In this document: in pieces, positions 54,313-64,000 of the stretch | Layout of the letters: every line of letters starts with the position of its first letter | Numbering within the stretch: the first letter of the stretch is position 1 | DNA from: Bigelowiella natans CCMP2755 | Lineage: Eukaryota > Protista > Cercozoa | Reading direction: 5' to 3' | Length of the DNA stretch: 64,000 bases | Assembly (NCBI GenBank): GCA_000320545.1 | Contig: ADNK01002591.1 | Location: 1-64,000, forward strand | Translations under genes and position numbers: made by a program | Notes under the pieces: model-generated | The model's database searches: none | What the model saw: the letters and a program-made list of their open reading frames with translations, nothing else | Told to the model about the DNA's origin: nothing

Positions 54313-54958
54313 ATCAAGCGACTCTCCCCCTCCCCCCTCCCACTTATATGACACTGACAATTAAGCCCCCTTCCGCATAGGCAATCGGTAAATGGAAGGA
54401 ACTCGAAGAAGACGGCAGAGCAGACTTGGTTGCAAACTACTTCTATAACGTCAAGGGATTCTCGGTTCTACTATTACTACTACTACAACTACTACTACGA
54501 GCTTCCCTCCCTTTTCTGCAAGGAGCTCCTAAAATGGCAGAACACTTCACACGATATCAATACAAATACAACGAGCATGCAAACGCAAGATTACTTCCTG
54601 CGCTCCAAGAATAAGAATAATAAAAAACCATAGTGATTTTCTTTTGGTGAGACGCGTTCTTATTTGCACTCTTATTGCCTTCTAATGCCTTCCCTTCAGG
54701 CACCAGAGATTGTCACGAATGTGCCATTGCCGGGAGATCTTCCTAATATACCAATCATTGGAGGCTTGCTCAACCAAATCTCCCGAGCAATCAGGCATGC
54801 AAGAGAGAGACGAGAGGAAATGTGATAGGGAGAAGACATTGTCACAACCTTCATCATCTGAGCTCCCCCCCCATACGCAATATAGGTTTGGAGGAGTCCC
54901 TGATCCTTTTACAGCGGTGGTAGCGTACAGGAACTTCAAGAGGATGAACCTAGATTAG
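52424..54958 (+). CDS. Class I SAM-dependent methyltransferase (type 11, cyanobacterial/plastid-like) with a bipartite leader
   Basis: Exons give RKKLDASDDSLFY / PRMVQHVDESFLAQLTQLY / VIDLCTAFDSHLP / GHGMNEKELAANPRL / DAVLMCVSIQYMQQPEKLFSEIFRVLKPGG...SFSNRMFYSKAI / DPFTAVVAYRNF. The leader has a hydrophobic stretch (SALLLLLVASVPLLLLA) followed by an Arg/Ser-rich segment. Exact start uncertain. Confidence 0.87.
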
Positions 54959-56011
54959 AGGGGGGCAGAGAATTGCCATCGCAAGTTATCAGACGAATAG
55001 AGGAGGAGAACAGCTGCATGCTTTCTTCGTGTGAACCTTAAGAACAGCAGATATACGATGTACAGGCCTTCATCCCAAGAGATCATCCCAAACCTCGATC
55101 ATCTCGCCGGCACAAATATTTAATATTGTTTATGTATATATTTATTTTCTTCGATAAAAACAGCAGTCCCCTCCCTAATTTAGGGAATAATCGTGTACTT
55201 TCTCGCGCTAACAGAGAGGAAGACACATTCAGAAAATTGACTGTTCGTTCTCAATAACAGATAACGACTTTCTTTAAAAATTCAGTGTCCTTAGTCCATT
55301 GAGTACTGAATACTAAATCGGCATATGCTGTACAAGAGAATCAGTTGCGATTGAATGACCGCAGTGATAGATGAATGCTCATACCCTCGGTGTTATAACA
55401 CAAAATGATATGCATGTGTAAAAATGAATGGAATTTTACATGCCGGCTGTTGTACTAGTAGGCTGTGCGTGCGTGTGCCGTCGCTGCCGCGATCACACTG
55501 CAGCAATGAGCGAGTGACACAATAGCAAGAGAATTGAAACCGAAGTGCAATGTACATTTGCAGCACATCTAGCGTCATCGCCGACTGCAGCTGTGAGCAG
55601 TAGTGCAACACTACGTGCGCTACTGCAGAGCCATCAAGGCTACACAGCGCACGCACGTGTACGAACACATGTTGCAGTGACGAAGTGTGCCATGTGGGAC
55701 AAACCAAGTGCAACCAATGACTTCAAACGATGTGATGGATTGTTGTCAACAGCGTGCAGCGCAGCAATCATGTCCCACACTCAGTTTGAAGATGGAGTTC
55801 ACCCGCCACGTGCATCCACTGACAATGGCTGACTCAATTAGCTGGCCACCTTCACGTCGATGCGAGTGGTCTTCTCACAGATCACAAGAAACAAGAACAC
55901 AATGTGCCGGGGGATGTGCCAAGACCAATGAACACCCACATGGGATGTGTTGCAGATCGTTGCAGATCACTGTGGATGATCTGTGGAAAAAAAATGAAGA
56001 ACATGCGACAG

Positions 56012-56580
56012 AACAATGAACAATGAACAATGATGACGAACCACATTTCCAAAATGTTGCAAGACATTTGCAGTGTTCGAAATGCAGTGCCTCGAACAGA
56101 CATCGCAGTTTGTCTAGCACCATGCACGATGTGGACCTGTCATGTGTCAAACCAGGAACAATGAACAATGAACAATGATGATGAACTGCATTTCCAAAGT
56201 GTGACAAGACATTTGCAGTGTGCGAAATGCAGTGCCTCGAACCAACTTCAGTGAGGTCCAACTGGTGAAACCATGAGGAATCAAGAATGGCATTCTGGCC
56301 ACTCCTCCGTTCCTAGTTTCATTGTCTTCAGTGCCTGATGTTTGCCAACTTCAGGACCACGCATCCCTGAATCCTGCCGTGATGGTTTGCTCATGCTTGG
56401 AGATCACCAAGCAAGAACACCACACCCACCTAGCCACGAACCCCAAGCGAACAATCCTGTGGACCACACCTTCATGGAAACAATGAAACAATGAAGCAAT
56501 GATGAAAAACTGCACTTCCAAAGTGTTGCAAGACACTTGCAGCGTGCAAAATGCAGTGCCTCGAACTGGTTTCAGTGAGG
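56012..56580. repeat. Three diverged copies of a roughly 90-100-bp unit next to the 3' end of the LINE remnant
   Basis: AACAATG(A)AACAATG...TTCCAAA.TGT..CAAGACA.TTGCAG.GT.C.AAATGCAGTGCCTCGAAC at about 56012-56097, 56157-56256 and 56478-56580. Confidence 0.88.
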
Positions 56581-56630
56581 ACTGTGACCAGCAAATCAAC
56601 TAGCTGGTTTGCCAAAATGGCATGACTTGG

Positions 56631-57445
56631 TCATTGAGAAGCAATGACATTGGCAGCAAAATTCTGACGGCGCAAGACCTCCATTCTGAGCAAAAACTTC
56701 CTGAAGGCCATGTCCACAAGACGATCTACGATTGGATCATCTGAGGGGGCCCCCAGCAGAATTTTGGTTTTGGAGGAGTCTGGAGCGTCAAAGAATGAAG
56801 AGTGGAGGGAAGAAGCTGAACTCAGAGCTGATCTCACGTGCGAGAGAAGCTTGCATCTCTCTGCATTCAAGTGAGTGCAATGATGGATGAGGTGGTTGAC
56901 ACTTTGAACAACTTCAGCATTGCAAAGAGGACACACCGAGAAAGAGGGGGGCAAGTTGCAAATTTCAGCCCTGTGTTCCTCAGTTTCGCAAGTCCCAGCG
57001 CGGAGCTGAAGTTTGAGCAACACGCCTGAATTGTCATGCCAATCATCAAGATGACACTCAAACAATCTGGAAGCTGGCCTTCCAATGTGGCTCCTCGCCC
57101 AGGCTCTGGATCTGCAAATTGGGGTGTCGGGTTTGACGAACGAACAAAAGCTGCGACACAAGTTGCCATTGGTGGACAGGTGAGCCCTGACTCTGCGATT
57201 GAGGTCAACATCAACCAGTTTTGGATGGGACTGGTCCAAGTTGACTGACAGGTCCAAGCCACAGGCAGATTGGTCACAGCCAGTGACACGGTGAAGAACA
57301 GACCTAACGTTGTGACCCCAACTTGAGCACAGAGCATCAGCCTGATCATGGATCCAGGAGCATTTGTCATTCACATGCTGTTTCATTGCCGACAAATCAG
57401 AGAGGAAAATGCCCAAAACCCAGTGGAAAAAAGCGCTTGAAACTG
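56631..57445 (-). mobile_element. 5'-truncated non-LTR retrotransposon (LINE) remnant, C-terminal CCHC region, hypermutated
   Basis: LKLQLRAGT...CPLCNAEVVQSVNHLIHHCTHL..ER...ILLG matches the typical LINE ORF2 C-terminus (LR.G..L..E...CPLC....E...H....C..Y...R). No RT domain is present. The ORF has 0 Tyr, 14 Cys and 18 His in 278 aa. Confidence 0.75.
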
Positions 57446-57810
57446 CATGTAGTTGAGTCGAAGGCATGCACTAGTGCTGCGCGCGCTACATCTAGAACTG
57501 TTTCTAGATCGGTAACCTGGTCTACCTTTGTCGCTGCTGATCAATTTGTGGCCATTTCAATCACAATTTGCATCAACGCATCAACAAACATGTTCTGCGA
57601 GAAACCGACAAATCTGGAAATCCTCCGCTCACACCATTTCGCGTGAAGCTGTCGTCGTTTTTACCGTCGTTCACATCATCATCATCAACTGTTCCAACTT
57701 TTGCTGCCTTCACAGAGCAGCAGTGAGCACATCGTAGAGATTGACAGTAGTGGTTGTCTGTTTGATGTTGTGGAAACTCATTCTTAAAGTCAACAAGATT
57801 TTGGGGTGAA

Positions 57811-60800
57811 ATGGTGGATGTTCCGCCACCGCCAGTCGTTGCCTTGGATTTTGAAGGAGGACGTGTTCAATCGGACCAACCATGGCATTTTGCTTGTGTG
57901 AATGATCTCCCTCGTCTCAAATTCTTGTTGGGTAGCGAGTACTCAAGAGTTAACGAGAAATCACCCAAATCATGTGCGTCAATTTAGCACTATGAGTTGC
58001 GGTGCAGGCAGTATAGCGTCATTGAGTAGCGTTGTTGAATGGGCGGATCACTTCTTAGGCGTTGTGTTAGGTTGGTAGTGAGATGATGTCACCATTCAGT
58101 GGGTTGATAAATCAGTGGATTCTCTCCTGCGTGTTTCACATGGAAAAATTGGTTGGGGAGGTTGGAATTAGATGCAATGGCAAAACGGTCTTCTTTGTTG
58201 ATGCAGACATCCACACCATGAGAAAGTTAAGGTTGTGGTTGCATCGCTTAGCTTTGGCATTCACTTGTTTGGCTCTGTCAGGTGACACGCCATTGACAGC
58301 ATGCATCAAAGAGGGTCATCTGGACACAGCGAAGTTCCTAATTTCTGTGAAGGCAGACATTGAAGCCCGGAATAATGCTGGTGGGCCACATACCTAGCTA
58401 CCTAGCTACCTTGCTAAATGACACGCAGTGGCGATGATTCTGCCAGCGAGAGAGGCACAGTAACGAACAGAAAACAAGCAAACACAATGCGGGAGTGACT
58501 AGCCACAGAGCAAATGAGTCCGATGTTGTGACCCTCGCGCTATGAAGTGGTTTATGCGTTTGTAAGTGCATTTACAGTACTATATGAGTGCTTTCACAGA
58601 AGAAAGATGGAAGGGTTATGTGCGCGTTGGCATTGTCAGCTGTAGTATGAGCTGCATCGTCATCATTAAGCTAGGTTTGTGGGAGTGATATTGAGATCGT
58701 TACGGTTATGTAGTAGCTGATGCAACGCTAAGCTTTGGCATTCACTTGGTTCTCTCTATCAGGTAAAACGGCATTACAATACTCCGTCCTTTTTCCTGAA
58801 ATGCGGATCACGAAGTATCTGGTTTCTATGAAGGCAAACATCGAAGCCGTTCTGGTTTCTATGGAGGCAAACCTTGGTCGTAGGAAGGACAAAGAGGGTG
58901 AGTCAGATGCCTAGCTATCCGCAAAACCGTTCATGAAGATTAAGCCAAAATTTAGAAGGGGTGTTGAGCACCGTGAAGTGTACGTGGTAGTCGAAGAAAT
59001 GATGACAATGGAGCGATATGCGATTACGGAGTGATTAGCAGCAGCAGTAGGAGAAGCATTATATATTTAATTGGACGTCGTAGTAGTCGGAAAAGTAACA
59101 TTGCAGATGTTTGTATTTTAAAATAACGGGAAGGGCGGTTTTCAGTTTTAAAGCTGAAATGACAAGCAGTAGATTAGTGTCGTGGAGGGGCATTTTGTTT
59201 GAGGTCGGCAGAATTGATGACTATTGGGTGGTTGGGATGCAAAAATGGCACTTGGGTTGGGTGTACTAATAAGATCATGTTTTTTAAATGGCAAATTGTG
59301 CTTTCTAAACTATCAGGCAGGGTTAGATACTCAAGTGGTGGTGTCTTGGGCGGGTTCGAAGATCCCCAGTTTGAGTCAAGGCTTGAAATCTACGATTTCC
59401 TTGAGAAGAAATCCGAGATTCAAAAACTTCGGAAAGAAAGACTCCTTGAAATGAATCGTTGCACGTTTAGGGAAGGCAAACATTGCCGGAGGATTCTTGG
59501 GTCTCTTTTCACTGCTCTCAAAGGCTCTCATCCTCAGGGCATCCAAGTCATCGAAGACATCTTCGAACCAATCATCGAGGCTTTGTTCCCTGATTTGGGA
59601 GTCACAAAGGTGTTTTTCAACGCCTCTAGAAACGACAAAGACGAAAACGAAATTCTCCAGTTCGATGAGTTTCAGTCCTTTCTCTGGACTTACATGCCGG
59701 AGGAACACAAGCTGACAGAAACAGGATTCGAGGAAATCGCACATGATTGGCTAAAGAAAAAGAAGAGCCTTGCGAAGAAAGCGGGACATGTGTTCAGTAG
59801 TATGTCGGTTTCTACCTTAACAAGCCAAGATTTTGGGGATGCCAAACATTCTTCGGAGGGTTTGCTCTCGCTATTCGAGAGAGGTGGGTACGTGCCTATA
59901 AAGGCGAATGAAGCCAAGACGAATCGCACCGTCCCCGTCGATACTAAGGATGGGTCATGGTTTGAAGAGAGTAGTCTGGGGAAGGGTTCCTATGGTGCTG
60001 TCTATGCAGTGGAAAAGAGGGTTGTGAACCAGAGATGCGCTGCCAAGGTATTTGACTTGAGCGGCAAGACTAAGAAAGAAAAGGACCGCATCCTTCGTGA
60101 GTGTCGTTTGATGGCAAGTCTTGAGACACACCCCAACATCATCCAGTATGTAGACACGATCCAGAACGGAGACATTCTCTGCATCGTGATGGAGATTTGC
60201 CCGGAGGAATTGAGCAGAAAAATAAACGGGCCGAAGATGGAAGCACGGAAAGTCAAGGATTTGATTCTCGGCATCGGGAGGGGGCTAGCCCACCTGCACG
60301 GGCAGACACCAACCCCCATTCTTCATCGAGATTTGAAAGCCGACAATGTTTTGATATCGCAAGCTGGTGTGTGCAAGATCGCGGATATAGGTTTGGCTAC
60401 GGAAGGGGGTAGGGCCGCAGACCTGAACACAGAGCAGCTCAAGACTATCGCCAACACCAAGGGGCGAACCGAGTACCAAGCGCCAGAACGCGTGTCCGAC
60501 GGTGGATCTGGGGACATGTGGGCCGCTGGGCTGATCCTTGTGGAGCTCGCAACAAACAAGCTAATCAAGGATAACCGAGAGATGAAAAAGGCTAGCAAAA
60601 GCACAGCGGCTTGGGAGAAGAAGGATATGATAAAGGACCTCATCAAAGAGACACAAGACAAAACAGGGGACAAGCAGCTTTCGGTGGCTGTGGAAAAACT
60701 GCTAGAATGTGATCCAAAGAAGAGGATGACCGCTAGTCAACTGGTGGAGCTGCTTGACCCGACTATAGGCCTGCAGAATTTAATGGACGCGATCAAGGAT

Positions 60801-61709
60801 CTGAAGGAAGGTTTATCCTCCATCACCAAAAAACTAGATGGTCTGTTCCAAACAGTGCTCAACTTCAATCTCGATGAGGATTCCAAAAACATCCCAAATC
60901 ACTTTCTACTCGTGCCCGGCGCTGAGGAGTTTGGAGATGAGACAGCGGGCCGCTGGTTCGGAGAGCTTTTCAGTAGATCCAAAGAGAAACTCGGCATCCA
61001 AAGAACCTTGTGGCTCTACATAAGCGATGAAGCCCACCTCCTCGATCCGAAACTGACCAACGGCCAAACAATCCCGGCCACGACAAAACTGATTCATAAA
61101 CCCATGCAGATCATTGTGCCCGGAGAAACTATGATCAAGCTTGCGCCGTTGCTTCGTGTTCTCAGTGTTGCTCTTCTCGCAGCCAAAGTCGCCGGCACTG
61201 TCACTACCGGTGTCGGAGTGGTCATCCCCAATGGCATACCAGGACTTGACAAGCTTCAGGACAACAGAAAGGCTCTTGCCTCCATCTACAAAACCATAGA
61301 AGGGCTGTCTGAGAACGATCATTGTGCAGAGGTCATTGAAAACGAAGAGAGCAACATCGACAAGAAGGCGAATACAGATGTACTGTCTTCCCAAAATCCA
61401 CAGAAGGCAGTGGGAGAGGCATACTCTGTTTTGAAGTCACTGCTTAAGAAGGACGACGAGGGCAAGGCTCCAACCACCAAAGATGGGGATTCGCTTGACG
61501 ATTTGCTGAGAAATGAATTAGTGCGGATGGTCCACCCAGAAGAAGGGAAAGTCCGGTGGTTTGCGCGTCATGACGACAAGGACATCAAAGATGACAAAAG
61601 ATTCAAGTTGCTCGAGAGCTGTGGCTGGAAAGCAGACCAGCGAGATGATTCCTCACTTTTTGCTACACAGCAAAACCAGGTGGTGTCATCCTGTTGTGTT
61701 GTGGGTTGA
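57811..61709 (+). CDS. Ankyrin-repeat plus Ser/Thr protein kinase with an EF-hand-like segment and C-terminal CaaX
   Basis: Phase-1 exons MVDVPPPP...(57811), DTPLTACIKEGHLDTAKFLISVKADIEARN (about 58282) and GKTALQY...KYLVSMKANIEA (about 58763). The large exon from about 59317 has LGKGSYGAVY, AAK, HRDLKADN, KIADIG, YQAPE and DMWAAG and ends in SSCCVVG*. Confidence 0.88.
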
Positions 61710-61904
61710 AGCTGAACCTAGGTGTAGAGAATGCATCACACCTTTGTGTTTTCTTGTCAGAACAACTAGGTTTCATCACTTCAGAAGGTTCTCTTACGTC
61801 CGCGTAAGAGCGTTCACAGGAATGTGACGCATCTTCCACTGAAGTGGGTTTTGGATTACTTTTTTTACAATGTGCCATTTTGAGTTCACTCAGTTCATTT
61901 AAAA

Positions 61905-62970
61905 AAATTGGGATGCACGTCTGACGTGTGAGACGGATGTGATGAAATGATCAAATCTTTTCAATGGACATCCTCATGTAGCTATGCAGACGTGTGTGCA
62001 CAACAAAAGTGATGCATGACGAAAGCATTGCATCTGAAATGCATCCGCATGCCTCTGTTCCAAGCTAGGACAAACTTGGTGAATCTCGCACAAAAAATGG
62101 ACAGTTTGAAAACTTCAACGAGACTAGAGATGCAAGTAGATGATGTTCAAAGCGCCTCAAGCCTCTTTTGGTCCTGTCACTTTTCAACTTTGCAAGTTCC
62201 AATGTTGCCAACACCACAGATGGCGCGCATCCATGATCGATGTAGCAATGCTTGGAAGCTTTGGTTTGATTCCTGACAGCTGCGGGACCCCGGTGGGAAA
62301 CCAAGCAAGCACTTCGCGCGCTGAGTGCAAAGCACTCCAACAAAAGCGCACACCACGTTTGCAAAACGTGCAATGAGACAAATCGACGAGCTCTTTGTCA
62401 ACATTGCACAAGACAACAGCGCAACAAGGAAATGCATGACCAACGTGAGACTTTCATTTTGGGAAGCATCATTGCAACTTGACAGATGTTTGCGTGTTCA
62501 TGCAGACAAAAACGCGACAACACCAACACCAGAAAGTGCAGATTTTTCATCATCGCTCAGGAAGAAGAATGCAGACATGACACCAAAAAGGACACCACGT
62601 GTGCAGTGGACAACACATGTGCTGATGGGCTGCACACTGCTGCAAGTGTGTGGCACACTCCAAAACTCGGCCTTGTGCAGCGATCATGGATGCACGACCA
62701 TGCATGTGCACATGTCAAGATGCACATGCGCAGACATGTGCGTCCACAATGGTGCAGATGTTGCTAGAGCTACGCTGTTCAATTGTGATTGATTGATTCA
62801 AGCACATGCATGAATCATTGATCGATGCAGATTTGCAGCTGAACACGCGCCATTGTCAAACAGAGGAATGCTCCACGCTCGGCCTCAAAGGCAATGAAAT
62901 GACGTGCACACTCATCATCAGCTAGAATTTTTTGAGCTTCTTTTTCAACTTTTGGTGCTTGCGCTGGATT
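61905..62970. other. TpA-depleted island 3 (probable decayed repeat or TE)
   Basis: 9 TpA in about 1065 bp, all in CTA/TAG: CTAG x4, GTAG x3, CTAT, CTAC. Overlapping Tyr-free, Cys/His-rich ORFs occur on both strands. Confidence 0.82.
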
Positions 62971-63119
62971 CTCTACAGTAAGGGGAAAATGAAGGAAATA
63001 AAACTTGGAACGCGTGGTAAATGAGACTCATTGGGATGTGGTTGCTCCCGAATCGAAATTTTGTTTTAACATAGCTAATATTTTTGGAGAGGGAGGGTAA
63101 ATTATTTGATCCATAATTA

Positions 63120-63581
63120 CGTCAGTACATCTGATCAAACCTTGTATCTGCTCTTGCCGTGGTTTGCAGGGGGCAGTGGGACAAATCCGGTACCTTTCCA
63201 TCCTCGCGGTGCCTATGTAAGGGTGAGCGTGGGAGTCAATTATGATAGGGAGGATGCTGGGGTGAATGAGCCGTGATTTAGTGCTGCCACCATTCGTCTT
63301 TCTCACAAACGCACCTTGAATCGATTGTACGGTATGATGCGTACGGGAAATCGCAGGTGTCGGCGGAAGGCGTTCCTATAGCGGCCTGTGCGAGCCTGAA
63401 GTAGTATCAAAACCAGAGAGAAGAAGAAGAAGAAGAAGAAGAAGAAGAAGACGACGACCAGAAATCATGCCCTCGTACTCTATTGCTTCTCTGCTCATCA
63501 TATAATTAAGTGAAGAGTAAGGATCTTTAGCATCTTTTAACTTTTACATCCCCCACCCACCCCTATCTATATAATTTACAC

Positions 63582-63622
<41 letters not shown>

Positions 63623-64000
63623 AGTGTGTGTGTGTGACCTCGGTTCCATTGTCGAATTCTGATATCTCGATTCTACCACAACGACATTCATTTATGAGCA
63701 ATATGGAAAATAGTAGCATCAATAGAGAAGGAATACAGCAGCATACTAAGAAAGAACAGGGGGGGAGATGAGAACGCTGTGGGACAAATCCTGGCCAAAA
63801 CGAGTAGGCTAGGAGTCCATACTTGTACACGCACGCAAATACACACACTTACACACACACACGCATTAAAACTAGCGATCATTATCCCACTTGATTCGTG
63901 ACTTAGTGGCTGCACAAGCCAGATCGATGGCCTGCCACATCCAATGGCGCTTGCTCAACTCAACGTCGTTCATCTGGCACGTGTACCAAAATGGTAAAAT
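63120..64000 (-). CDS. 3' exons of an unidentified intron-rich gene entering from the right edge
   Basis: AG/GT-bounded segments at about 63130-63213, 63315-63396 and 63640-63672 are separated by microsatellite introns. Frame and product not established. Confidence 0.35.

Noticed and set aside
55681-57445. Classical RIP or CpG-methylation decay as the cause of the TG/CA excess
   Set aside because: RIP increases TpA and 5mC decay removes CpG; here TpA is what is missing and CpG persists.

Overview
Eukaryotic nuclear DNA from a gene-dense, intron-rich protist whose introns are packed with microsatellites. A flagellar dynein and a gene with a bipartite (signal + transit-like) leader suggest a flagellated alga with a complex plastid, for example a chlorarachniophyte; this is inference. 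About 14 protein-coding genes can be reconstructed by hand. In order they are aspartate aminotransferase with a PTS2 motif (-), an unknown Cys-rich gene (+), a RING/TRAF-zinc-finger protein (-), a MORC GHKL ATPase (+), an outer-arm dynein heavy chain (-), RPS23 (+), a head-to-head pair of bacterial-like radical SAM genes (-/+), an unknown Ser-rich protein (-), an SLC35B transporter (+), an FAH-fold probable pseudoenzyme (-), a plastid-type methyltransferase (+), an ankyrin/kinase-CaaX gene (+) and a partial unknown gene (-). The most striking signal is three repeat- or TE-like islands (about 38.9-39.75 kb, 55.7-57.45 kb and 61.9-62.97 kb) that have lost almost every TpA dinucleotide. Nearly all surviving TpA sit in CTA/TAG, mostly CTAG. 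A LINE remnant in one island has no Tyr but 14 Cys and 18 His, and repeat copies differ CA versus TG at the same position. This looks like a context-specific, double-stranded TpA->TpG/CpA (A:T->G:C) hypermutation of repeats: a RIP-like genome defence running in the opposite mutational direction. No candidate enzyme is visible in the window. Dinucleotide counts and exon boundaries were read by eye and are approximate.
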